From Candidatus Marinacidobacterium sp. (GTDB taxonomy: Bacteria > Acidobacteriota > Vicinamibacteria > Marinacidobacterales > Marinacidobacteraceae), in assembly GCA_965220965.1 (NCBI GenBank), contig OZ244852.1, forward strand, positions 768,001-832,000: a stretch of 64,000 nucleotides of DNA. Reading direction: 5' to 3'. Under the pieces are notes generated by a model. It made no database searches, was not told the origin of the DNA, and worked only from the letters and a program-made list of their open reading frames with translations. Shown piece after piece: positions 49,230-58,800 of the stretch. Position 1 is the stretch's first letter. Each line of letters begins with the position of its first letter. Both the position numbers and the translations under genes were made by a program.

Positions 49230-50362
49230 GCCTCCTCGAGCGGACCCGGCGGGCGGCGCGTCGCGCCTTCACGCGGCCGTCGGGCCGTCCGTTGTCCCGC
49301 GTCCTGTCGCGGCCGGCATGGACCCTGCCCGTCAGCCGGCGTCAGGTCGCCGCGATGGTCCGCCAACTGGCGGTCATGGTGGGCGCCGGACTGCCGCTCG
49401 CCGAGAGCCTGCGCGCGCTTCGGCGGCAGCAGGAGAACAGCCGGCTGCGATCCGTCGTGGAGGCGGTGGCCGGGGATGTGGAGGCGGGCAGCTCGCTGGC
49501 CCGGGCCATGGGCCGCCACCCCCAGGTGTTCAACCGCCTGACGGTCGCGATGACCGGAATCGGCGAGTCCAGCGGACGCCTCGACGAGAGCCTTCTCCGC
49601 GTCGCGGACGAGCTCGAGAAGGCCGCCGAGACCGCGGCGCAGGTCCGGGGGGCCTTCGCCTACCCGCTCGTGGTGGGCGCCATCGGGGTGGCCGTGGTGG
49701 CGGTGATCCTCTGGAAGGTCGTGCCGGTCTTCACCGAACTCTACGAGGGGCTCGACGCCGAGCTTCCGCTCGCCACCCGCCTGGTGGTGGATGTCTCCCG
49801 CTCCTTCGGGGTCTGGGCCGCGTTCGGCGCCGCGGCGACGGCGCTGGGCGTCTTCGGCCTGGTGCGCCTCCGCCGGAGCCCGGCCGGCGCCGCCGGTCTG
49901 GACCGTCTGGCCCTCTCGATCCCGCTGTTCGGCAGGATCATCCACCGGGCTGCGGTGGCGCGGTTCTGCCGGACGCTGGCGGCGCTCACCGCTGCGGGGG
50001 TGCCGGTCGTCCAGGGCCTGGACATCGCTCGCGGGGCGGTGGGGAACCGGCACATGGAGCACGCGCTGGGCGATGTGCGCGACCGGATGGCGAGCGGCTC
50101 CTCGCTCTCCGATCCGCTGCGAGCCACCGGGCTCTTCCCGCCGATGCTCGTCCAGATGGTCTCCGTCGGGGAGCGGACGGGAGAACTGGACGCTTCGCTC
50201 GACCGGGTGGCCGAGTTCCACGAGAAGGAGGTCGGGCGCGCCACCGCCGTCGTCCTCCCCCTGCTCGAGCCGCTGCTGATTCTCTTCCTGGGCGCCGCGA
50301 TCGGCGGAATCGTCGTCGCCATGTACCTGCCGATCTGGAATCTGGTCGGGCGGTTGTCGTGA
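49226..50362 (+). CDS. pilC: Type IV pilus platform protein (GspF/PilC family)
   Basis: RQLA.M..AGLPL..SL, HP.VF, GE.SG.LD, A..YP, F.RTL..L..AGVP, QMV.VGE.TG.LD, LLEP, AMYLPI. Confidence 0.92.
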   Translation: MSLLERTRRAARRAFTRPSGRPLSRVLSRPAWTLPVSRRQVAAMVRQLAVMVGAGLPLAESLRALRRQQENSRLRSVVEAVAGDVEAGSSLARAMGRHPQVFNRLTVAMTGIGESSGRLDESLLRVADELEKAAETAAQVRGAFAYPLVVGAIGVAVVAVILWKVVPVFTELYEGLDAELPLATRLVVDVSRSFGVWAAFGAAATALGVFGLVRLRRSPAGAAGLDRLALSIPLFGRIIHRAAVARFCRTLAALTAAGVPVVQGLDIARGAVGNRHMEHALGDVRDRMASGSSLSDPLRATGLFPPMLVQMVSVGERTGELDASLDRVAEFHEKEVGRATAVVLPLLEPLLILFLGAAIGGIVVAMYLPIWNLVGRLS

Positions 50363-50529
50363 CCGACGCCCGTTCCGCCCACGCCCACGCCGCTTCTTCC
50401 CGCGCTCACGCGCCTTCATCCGCAGGCCGCCAGGCCCCGCCCGGAGGTTCTATTCTTATGAACTGCAAGGAAATCGCTCTCCCGTCCCGCCGGAACCACT
50501 CGCTCGCTTCCGACGCCCCGCAAGACCTC

Positions 50530-51111
50530 ATGTCCGTTTCCGCCTCCTCCGCTCCCTCCCGCGCCCAGGCGTCCCGGCGCGAGCGGGGGTTCACCCTGAT
50601 CGAACTGCTCATCGTGGTGGCGATCATCGGGGTGATCGCCGGGATCGCCATTCCCCAGTTGCTGCGCGCCCGGCTCTCGGCGAACGAGGCGCAGGCGATC
50701 GGTGATTCGAGGGCGGTGATCGCCGCCCAGCAGACCTACGCCGCGTCGAACTGCGGGTTCTTCTCCGACCTGGTGAACCTCTGTCGGGACGGCGGCGACT
50801 GCGCCGGCATCGGCATTCCCGAGTACCCGGATGTCGCGCCCGAGTTCGTCGGGGGCGACCTGGGGCGGACCACGCCCTATGTGAAGTCGGGTTACAACCG
50901 CAGCCTCACCGGGAACGGAACGCCCACCACCGTCCCCGACCACTGCGATCCCGAGAGCCTGCTCGACTACTGCTACCACTCGGAGCCCGCCGATCTGGGT
51001 CGGACCGGCGTCCGCTCGTTCTCCGCCACCAGCTCCGGAGCTCTCTACAACGACCCGTCCGGGACGGCGATCGAGTGTCCGGTCCCGGCCGGCACCGCCT
51101 TCCTCGAGTGA
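50530..51111 (+). CDS. pilA: Type IVa major pilin (about 173 aa mature, 6 Cys)
   Basis: RG|FTLIELLIVVAIIGVIAGIAIP.LLRAR.SANE..AI class III signal; KSGY and RTG.RSF motifs. Alternative ATG at 50458. Confidence 0.88.
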   Translation: MSVSASSAPSRAQASRRERGFTLIELLIVVAIIGVIAGIAIPQLLRARLSANEAQAIGDSRAVIAAQQTYAASNCGFFSDLVNLCRDGGDCAGIGIPEYPDVAPEFVGGDLGRTTPYVKSGYNRSLTGNGTPTTVPDHCDPESLLDYCYHSEPADLGRTGVRSFSATSSGALYNDPSGTAIECPVPAGTAFLE

Positions 51112-51992
51112 CCGAAGGCGCCCCTCGGGGCGCGGGTCCCGGCGGCCCGACGGGTACGGAGATCCGGGCCCGAAAGCTGAGCCGCTCGTTCCCGGTCTCG
51201 GCGGGCCGCGCCCTTCGGGCGAGGGGCGCGGCGCGCCGGCGGGTCGCCGTCCGCGATCTCGACCTCGAAGTCGCTCCTGGAGAGATCGTCGCGCTCGTCG
51301 GCGAGAACGGCTCGGGAAAGACCACGACGCTCCGGCTCCTCGCGGGTCTCCTCGAACCCGACGATGGCGAGGCCCTGCTCGGAGGCGTTCCGGCGATCGC
51401 GAGCGCCGCCCGCCAGGGACTCGGCTACGCCGGCGAGGAGGACGCGTTTCCGCCGGGCATCGACATCGGGCGGATCCTTCGGCTTCATGCGCGCCTCGCC
51501 GGACTCCCGGCGGACGCGGTGGATGCCGCGGTCGCCGCGCTGGACCTCGGTCCGTGGCTCGCCCGCCGGCCCTCGGGCTGTTCGCGGGGCGTCCGGCGCC
51601 GGACCACGCTCGCCCAGGCCATCCTCGGAGCGCCGGCCGCGCTGATCCTCGACGAGCCGCTGACCGGCCTCGATCCGCTCGCCCGGGAACGGGCGATGCT
51701 CGCGGTGCGCCGGGCCCGCGATGACGGGGCCGCGGTCCTCGCAAGCCTCCACGATCCGGCGGCGGTCGAGGAGCTCGCCGACCGGGTCGTGGCGCTTCAT
51801 GGCGGCTCGGTGGCCTGCAGCGGTTCGGTCCGCCGTCTGCGGGAGCGATACGGCCGGGAGCGGCCGGCGCTCGACGCGGCTTCGGGCTGCGGGACGGGCG
51901 ACTGGATGGCGCGCATGCTGTCGGAAGCGCGGACCGCCGCCCAGGGACGCGCCGGGGAAGACCGACGACCGCCGCGGGACGAGCCATCGTGA
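51108..51992 (+). CDS. ABC transporter ATP-binding protein (Myxococcus PilH-like)
   Basis: GENGSGKTT, divergent signature CSRGVRRR, LILDEP.TGLDP, H-loop; follows the pilin. Confidence 0.82.
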   Translation: MTEGAPRGAGPGGPTGTEIRARKLSRSFPVSAGRALRARGAARRRVAVRDLDLEVAPGEIVALVGENGSGKTTTLRLLAGLLEPDDGEALLGGVPAIASAARQGLGYAGEEDAFPPGIDIGRILRLHARLAGLPADAVDAAVAALDLGPWLARRPSGCSRGVRRRTTLAQAILGAPAALILDEPLTGLDPLARERAMLAVRRARDDGAAVLASLHDPAAVEELADRVVALHGGSVACSGSVRRLRERYGRERPALDAASGCGTGDWMARMLSEARTAAQGRAGEDRRPPRDEPS

Positions 51993-52759
51993 GACGCGGG
52001 CTGGCTGCGTTTCGCGCCGCCGCCGGGGTCACCCTGCGGGGTTTCCTGGCTGGCGGCGAGTTCGCGGCCTGCCTCGCGCTCGTCGCGTTCTCGCTGCTGG
52101 CGGCGGCGCTTCTGGAATCGGCCTCCCCCGGTCAGGGCGAGCGGCTCGCGGCCGACCTCGGCTGGGGCGCCGCCGGGCTCTTTGGGTGGTTTCTCGCCGT
52201 GGCTCACGGCAGCGGCCTCCGGGGCGGGGGAGGGGTGGCGCACGCCGCCGCGCTCGCCCGGCCGGTCTCCCCCGCGCTTCTGTTCGGGGCCCGGTTCGTC
52301 GGGCTGCTGGGAGGCCTCGCCGTCTACAGCGCGCTCGCTGGCGCCCTGATCGCGGCCCGCCTCGGACTCGATGCGGCGCCCGCGGTGATGGCCGCCGGAT
52401 GGTTCCTCCTCCTGCGGCTCGTGGTGGTGCTGGCGCTCTCCGTCGCGTTCCACGCCGCGGTGCGCCCGCCCGTGGCCGCGGTCCTCGCAGCGGCGTGCGC
52501 ATCGGCCGGCTGGTTCTCCGGGAGCCTCCCCGGCGCCGAGGCCGGCGACGCCATCCGGCGACTGGCCGCGGTGGCGCGATGGCTCCTGCCCGATCTCGCC
52601 AGCCTCGATCCGGTCCTGGGGCCCCTCGGCGCGATGGAGGCCGGCGCCGCTCTTTTCGGGGCGACGGCCTACGCAGCGCTCTACGCCGGCGCCGTTCTCG
52701 TCGGGCCGCTGTTCGCCTTTCCCTGGCTTGTGCGGCGCTCGGGCCGGTGGAGCGGGTGA
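51989..52759 (+). CDS. ABC-2 type permease (PilI-like)
   Basis: About 6 TMs, LARPVS...L.GARF.G and LLPDL motifs; follows the ABC ATPase. Confidence 0.75.
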   Translation: MRRGLAAFRAAAGVTLRGFLAGGEFAACLALVAFSLLAAALLESASPGQGERLAADLGWGAAGLFGWFLAVAHGSGLRGGGGVAHAAALARPVSPALLFGARFVGLLGGLAVYSALAGALIAARLGLDAAPAVMAAGWFLLLRLVVVLALSVAFHAAVRPPVAAVLAAACASAGWFSGSLPGAEAGDAIRRLAAVARWLLPDLASLDPVLGPLGAMEAGAALFGATAYAALYAGAVLVGPLFAFPWLVRRSGRWSG

Positions 52760-53724
52760 AGACGCCCGGAACCGGGTCGGCGGTCCGGCGGTGGGCGCGC
52801 CCGCTCGTCGCGATCGCGCTGGCGGGGGGCCTTCTCGCGGCCGCGGGTCGGGTCGCCGAGACCGGCGCGGCCCGGCGACCCGGACCTGAGGTCGGGGTCT
52901 TCGCCGAGGAGGCCTTTCCGTCGGGGCTCCCTCGGCTCGCGGAGGCCTGGGCGCCGGCGCTGCCCGGCGGCGTCCGGCGTCTGCTGGCGGATCTGAGCTG
53001 GCTCGCCGCCGTGCAGCACTACGGGCGCACCCGGTTGGCCGGGGGCGAAGAGTTCCCGCGGCTCGCGAGCCTCATCCGGCTCGGGCTTCGCTTCGACCCC
53101 GGGCTTCGGCCGGCGGCGCTCGAGGGCGCTCTGCTTCTCGCCGAACCGCCGCCGCTGGGCGCCGGGGACCCGGAGATGGCGGTCGCGCTCCTCGATGAGT
53201 GGACCGCTCGGCGGCCGGGGGATTGGGAGGCCTGGCTCCTCGCCGGACTGGTCCGCCGGTGGCATCTTCAGGATCCGGCCGGGGCCGCCGCGGTCTTCGC
53301 CTCGGCTTCCCGTCAGCCCGGGGCCCCGGACTGGTTCACCTGGATGGGAGCGCGCTCCCTGACCGCGTCGGGCGACCGCGCCGAGGCCCGCCGGTTGTGG
53401 CGGGCGGCGCGGGACGCCGCGTCTTCCGAGCGGGCGCGAACCAACGCGACGATCCATCTGCTCCAGCTCGACGCGCTGGATCGGCTCGATGCACTCGCCG
53501 GGGCGGTGGGGCGGTTCCGCGAGTCGACCGGACGGGCGCCCGGCGGGTGGGCGGAGATGGTCGCCGCCGGATTCCTCGAGCGGATTCCCCGGGACCCCCG
53601 CGGCGTCCCGTACCGGCTCGGCGAGGACGGCGCCGTGGAGATCTCCCGGGCGTCACCCCTCGCGGGGGCGCCGCGACTCCCAGGGGCAAGCGGGGACTCC
53701 GGGACGCGGCGGGCGGCCGAGTGA
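52756..53724 (+). CDS. Pilus accessory TPR-like protein (Myxococcus PilG-like)
   Basis: LLAD..WL..VQHYG, FDP, helical repeats (W.....AG; P.AP.W), IP.DP.G.PY; lies between the ABC permease and pilD. Confidence 0.65.
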   Translation: MKTPGTGSAVRRWARPLVAIALAGGLLAAAGRVAETGAARRPGPEVGVFAEEAFPSGLPRLAEAWAPALPGGVRRLLADLSWLAAVQHYGRTRLAGGEEFPRLASLIRLGLRFDPGLRPAALEGALLLAEPPPLGAGDPEMAVALLDEWTARRPGDWEAWLLAGLVRRWHLQDPAGAAAVFASASRQPGAPDWFTWMGARSLTASGDRAEARRLWRAARDAASSERARTNATIHLLQLDALDRLDALAGAVGRFRESTGRAPGGWAEMVAAGFLERIPRDPRGVPYRLGEDGAVEISRASPLAGAPRLPGASGDSGTRRAAE

Positions 53725-54461
53725 TCTCGCCGCCGTTCGCCCTTCCGGCGGCGGGTCTCGGGCTCGTGGTCGGGAGTTTCCTGAACGTCGCGATCCACCG
53801 GCTCCCCCGCGGCGAGTCGGTCGTCCGGCCGGGCTCCCGCTGCCCGGCCTGCTCCGCGCCGATCCGCTGGCGCGACAACCTGCCGCTCGTCTCGTGGGTC
53901 TGGCTGGGGGGCCGCTGTCGCTCGTGCCGGGCCCGGATCCCCGTCCGCTACCCCCTTGTCGAACTCGCGTCGGCGGCGGTGTTCGCCACGGCGCCGTGGG
54001 GCGCCGGCTGGTGGGCCGGCCTGGTCTGGTCCGGATTCCTCGTCCTCCTCCTGGCGCTGGCGGTGACCGACCTCGAGGCGTTCGTCCTGCCCGACTGGCT
54101 GACGCTGCCGGGCGCCGCCGCCGGCCTGCTCTTCAGCGTGACGTCCGGCGGCGCCGGGTTCGTCGCCGCCGGGCTCGGAGCTCTCCTCGGCGCCGGGCTT
54201 CTTCTGGCGCTGCGCGCGGCGTGGCTGCGCTTTCGCCGGGTGGAGGCGCTCGGGCTTGGCGACATCAAGATGATGCTCTTCGTCGGCGCCTTCCTGGGAC
54301 CATCGGGGGCGCTGTGGGCGGTGGGGCTCGCCTCGGTCCTGGGCCTTGTGGCGGCGATCCCGCTTCTCCTGCTGGGGCGCATCCGGCGGGACACCCCGCT
54401 GCCGTTCGGGGCGTTCATCGCGGTGGGATCCGCCGTGGTCTTCGTGCTCCCCGGGATCTGA
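53721..54461 (+). CDS. pilD: Prepilin peptidase / N-methyltransferase (A24)
   Basis: GSFLNV.IHRLP, SRCPAC..CRSC, RYPLVE, catalytic Asp residues in VTDLE and GLGDIK, LPFG.FI. Confidence 0.94.
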   Translation: MISPPFALPAAGLGLVVGSFLNVAIHRLPRGESVVRPGSRCPACSAPIRWRDNLPLVSWVWLGGRCRSCRARIPVRYPLVELASAAVFATAPWGAGWWAGLVWSGFLVLLLALAVTDLEAFVLPDWLTLPGAAAGLLFSVTSGGAGFVAAGLGALLGAGLLLALRAAWLRFRRVEALGLGDIKMMLFVGAFLGPSGALWAVGLASVLGLVAAIPLLLLGRIRRDTPLPFGAFIAVGSAVVFVLPGI

Positions 54462-54493
54462 ACCGGACAGCTCCGTTCTTGCGGCCCGGTGGG

Positions 54494-54511
54494 GCCGGAA
54501 GTTTTCGACAG
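54494..54511 (+). promoter_or_regulatory. Candidate pil-operon motif GCCGGA-AGTTTTCGACAG (upstream of the minor pilins)
   Basis: Same 12-mer as at 36161-36172. Confidence 0.45.
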
Positions 54512-54575
54512 GAGGCGCGGCGCGCGCGCCATCGGCGCGGGTCCTTCGTCTGCAGCGGGTGTGTGGAGGATCCGA

Positions 54576-55082
54576 ATGACCCGATTCCGCAACCCCGACC
54601 CGAGCCGCCCGTCGGGCGCCTCCGGCTTCACGCTGGTCGAGGCGCTGCTCGCCGTCCTCCTGCTGGTCACCGCGGCGGGGAGCCTGGCGCGGGCCCTCTC
54701 GGCCGCCGCGCTCGCCCGACGATCCGCCGCGGACACCGGGCTGGCCGCCCGGGTGGCTCGCGACCGGATGGACCGGCTGCAGGCCAACCGGCTGACCGAC
54801 GGCTGGCCGTTCGCCGGCTACCACCAGGCGGTTCGTCCCGGAGGCGGCGTCGACCTCGCTTCCGATCCGGTTCCCGGCTACGTCGAGTACTTCGACGCGG
54901 CCGGGGCGCCGACCGACCAGCTCGCGGCGTCTTCCCAGGTGCGGTGGCGGATCGAGGAGCTGACTGGTCCGGGTGACGACCGGTTGGCCGTGCTGCGCTT
55001 CGAAGTCGTGGCCGGCCCGGCACCCGGCCAGCGCGGACCGGTGGTCCGGCTCGAGTCGGTGCGGGTGGCGAACCGTGAGTAG
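54576..55082 (+). CDS. Minor pilin, PilV-like
   Basis: G|FTLVEALLAVLLL class III signal, A...A...MD.L; GGAGG SD. Confidence 0.78.
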   Translation: MTRFRNPDPSRPSGASGFTLVEALLAVLLLVTAAGSLARALSAAALARRSAADTGLAARVARDRMDRLQANRLTDGWPFAGYHQAVRPGGGVDLASDPVPGYVEYFDAAGAPTDQLAASSQVRWRIEELTGPGDDRLAVLRFEVVAGPAPGQRGPVVRLESVRVANRE

Positions 55083-55839
55083 CCCCGCCGGTGATGTCGG
55101 CCAGCGAGGCGCCGCGCTGGTCGTCGCCCTCATGCTGATCCTCGGCCTGGCGAGCATGGGGGCGGCGGTAGTCCTGGCGGTCGGCGGCAGCGGCGCAATC
55201 GCCCGGAACCAGCGCTGGGCGGAGGCGGCCGCGGCCCAGGCCGAGGCGGGCCTCGAGGTGGCGAAGGCGGTGCTCGCCAGCCACGCGCGCGATAACGACG
55301 GGTCCCTCGACAGCGCGCTCCCGCCGCCGCGCTCCGATGTCGGGGTTTCCTCGGGAGCGGCGTGGGGGGCCGCCCGACCCGCGGATAACGGGGCGTGCTC
55401 CGACCCGGGGCGTCCCGGTTGCCGCGACTACGAGCGCTTCGTGGACCAGCGGACCCCGCGCGGGGCCGCCCGGATCTACATCGGGCGGGTCCTCCGGGAC
55501 CCGGGGGGCAACGCGCTGATCCACGATCCCCGGGCCGCTGACGCAGCGTGGTCTCCGGACCTCGACGGGGACGGGGAGCCGGACCTCGCCGGCGTCACGG
55601 TCTGGGTGCGCCGACCGCTGCTGGGCGCCTCGGACGCCCCGGACGGCGACCGGGTCGTAGTGACCGCCGAAGGGCGGCATCCGGCGCCCGCCGGTCCGGA
55701 CGATCCGCATGCGGTGGTTCGCCTCGAGATGGCTCTCCGGGTCGCGCCCCGCCCTCCCGCCGACGAGGAGGAAGACGAACCCGGGTACAGCGACGGCCTG
55801 AAGGACTGGGGCCGCGGCCGCGGGGGAGGCGGGCCATGA
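55075..55839 (+). CDS. Minor pilin, PilX-like
   Basis: QRG|AALVVALMLI (no Glu5, typical of PilX), A..AEAGLE.A, V.VTAEG. Confidence 0.78.
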   Translation: MSSPAGDVGQRGAALVVALMLILGLASMGAAVVLAVGGSGAIARNQRWAEAAAAQAEAGLEVAKAVLASHARDNDGSLDSALPPPRSDVGVSSGAAWGAARPADNGACSDPGRPGCRDYERFVDQRTPRGAARIYIGRVLRDPGGNALIHDPRAADAAWSPDLDGDGEPDLAGVTVWVRRPLLGASDAPDGDRVVVTAEGRHPAPAGPDDPHAVVRLEMALRVAPRPPADEEEDEPGYSDGLKDWGRGRGGGGP

Positions 55840-58800
55840 CCCGCGTCCCGTCGAAGCCTCGTCGGCGGCCGCCGGCGATTTCTGTCCCCCTCGAAAGCCG
55901 CCTTGGGAGGAACGCATCCATGACCCCGACTCCACGCGCCGCGCCGCTTCGCGCGGCGGTCCTTTGGGCGGCGGCGCTTCTGCTGCTCGCCCCCGGATCG
56001 TCGTCGCCGACGTCCGAAGGAACACCCGTCCGGGACGCCGGCGACCTCGATCCGCCCATCCGGCGCGGCCGCGACCCGCTCGACCTTGTCCGGACGACGG
56101 TCCCGCCCCGCGTCTGGATCCTCCTCGACACCTCGATCTCGATGGACCAGAGCCTCGGCGACCGGACGCGCCTCGAGGAAGCCCTGCGGATCATCAGGTG
56201 GGCGGCGGCGACTTTCGAATCGGACACCGGGGCGCCGCTCGTTCACTGGCGGCTCGCCACCTTCCGGCGCTACGGCGAAAGCGACGCCGGCATCGGACAG
56301 GCCTGCCGCGACCCGAACTTCGGCGCCTCGCTGCCGCGGGGGTCGCCTCCGGGGTCCCGCGTGTCCCCATTCGTCTACTGCGGCGGGCTCCGGCTGGCCT
56401 CCGCCCCCACGGGCTGTGATCTCGAGTCGGCGAGGGCCGCCATGCTCCGGAAGCTGCCCCGGAGCGTGAACGCGATCCGGACTCCCGCCGGGATCGCCCT
56501 CTACCAGCTCGCGCTCTACATCGCGAACACGGCGACGGCGGATCTCCTCCCCGGTCAGCGGAACGTCGTGCTCTTCCTGACCGACGGCATGGACTCGTGT
56601 GAGTGTCGGGTCACCGTGTGGCGCGACTTCGTGTCGGGCGATCCGGGCGTGGACCCGAACCGGCCCCTGCGCCTTCGCCTCGGGGAGGCGGTCCCGACGC
56701 TCTCTCCCGTCGAATGGACCTTCGATTACACCCAGCCCTACAACGCCGGACTCAAGGCCAAGGCGGCCCTCCACGCATTGAACCTCGGCGACCCATCCGC
56801 CGCGCTCGGGGACATCCACGTTGTGGGCATCGACATGGAGTCCGAGGACTCGCGGGCCGTGACGAACCATCTCGCCTGGATGGCGTCGGACCTCCAGCGC
56901 CCGGCGCTTCACGCGGCGGACCGCGCCGGTTTGCGGGCCGCGGTGGCCGCCGTCCTCGGCGAGGTCACGTTGCCCCGGGGATGGGTGAAGCTGGCCGAAC
57001 CGCGACTCGCGACGGTGAAGGAGCTGGTGGCGCTCACGCCGGGCCCTGGCTCCGGAGAGACCCCGGTGGCGGAGGGCTCGAACGGTCTGGTCGCCGATCC
57101 TGCGGATCCGGAGAGCCTCGCCGAGACGCTCGCGCTGCGGGCGGCGCACCGCGACAACGTGTTCCTGAGCGCGAGCGCGGACCTGGGCGCGCTGGAGGGC
57201 CGACTCGCCGCCCTGCCTGTCCCGGAGCGGGGCGGGGTGGTGGATGGCGCGGCGCTCTGGGATGCGGGCGCGCTCCTCGAGGCGCGGGATCCGGACGATC
57301 GGCAGATCTGGTTCCACCGGCCGGGGGAAACGCTCCTCCGCCCGTTCACCGTGGACCGGGTCACGCCGACTGACCTCGGCGTGGACATCGGTTATCTCTC
57401 CGAACTGGACGGCGTCGGCGCCCGTTCCGCCGCCGACGCCGCCGAGATCGTGGTCCGGCTGATTCGGGGTGAAGAGCTGGCGCTCCACCCCGACTCCGGG
57501 TCGATCTATCGCCCCGACGGCGCCCTCCACTTCGTGGGCGGCGCCGGGACCCCCAAGCTCCGGGAGAGCCTGGCCTCGCCGGCCGTGGTGACGTCGCCGC
57601 CGAACCGTCCGGAGCGGGGGGCCGCCTACCAGCGGTTCTTCAGCGACCGGGTGAACCGGCGGACGATGGTCTACCTGCCCACCAGCGGCGGGATGCTCCA
57701 CGCGTTCTCCGCCGGGACCGGCGACGAGGTCTTCGCCTTCGTTCCCGCCGATGTCCTGGGGCCGGCGACGGGGGAAGGGGCGCCGGGCGGGCCGTTCCTG
57801 CGGGACCTGGCGGTCGTCGGCGTTCGGGGCGCGCCGGCGCTGCGCCGCGGTCTGGTGAGCCGCTACTCGCTCGCCGGTTCGCCGGTCGCTCGCGACATCC
57901 GGGTTCCTGGCGCCGAGCCGTGGCGCACCGTCCTCGCGTTCGGTCGCTCCCTCGGGGGCCGCGTCGTGACGACGCTCGATGTCACGGCGGTCGGAGGGAC
58001 GTGGAGCGGAACGCCCGAGCCGCCGTCGAGGTGGCCGGTCGAGGCGCGCCGGCCCCGCCTGCTCTGGAACCGCGGCGGCTCCGGAGCTCCGGACAGCGGC
58101 CTCCCCGGTCTGGGAGAGACGCCGGAGCCGGTGTTCGCCGAAGTCCCGGCGCGGGATGGCGGCGAATGGGTCGTGTTCCAGAGCGGTGGAAGCGGGGTGA
58201 GCGATGTGGCTCTGTTCGTTCTGGCCGCGGAGGATGGGCGGCTGCGCCAGCGGTTGCCGCTGGCGTCGGCGCCGGGCGCCCCGATCTCGCCGAACGAAGC
58301 CCCGACCGCCGCGGTCGTCTGGCGGCCCGGTTGGGCGACCCCCGGCGCCTCGAACCTTGTCAGCGCGGCGTACGTCGCCGACCTCCACGGACAGATCCAC
58401 CGGCTGGACACCGCCGCGTCGGGCGGATGGGCGCTCCGCGTGGCGCATCGACTGGGCGCGGACCACCCCGTCCAGACCCGGCCGGTCGCGTTTCCGTTTC
58501 CGGGGCGCGTCGAGCCGCATCTCCTCGTCGTGACGGGGGGGGACCGGCGGCTCCGGAACGGCCCCTCGGACCTCGTCCTCCTCCGGGATCTGGGGACGCA
58601 CTTCGACGAGGTCTGGCGACGGGCGCTCCCCGAAGGCGAGGCGCCCCAGGGGCGTCCGGTGGTCCAGGTCAGCTCTTCCGGGGTCGCGGTCGTGCTCCCG
58701 ACGATTGCGGCGCAGCCTCCCGACGACCTTGGCTGCAGCGCGACGCGCACGAACGAGGGGGTCTCGCGGCTGCGGGCGTTCAACGGAATGACCGGCGCCC

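Noticed and set aside
50480-50515. Sigma54 promoter for pilA
   Set aside because: CGGAAC...TCGC resembles -24/-12, but the GG-to-GC spacing is 12 rather than 10 nt.
50530-51111. Geobacter-type conductive e-pilin
   Set aside because: The pilin is long (about 173 aa mature), not the truncated ~60-aa type; conductivity cannot be inferred.
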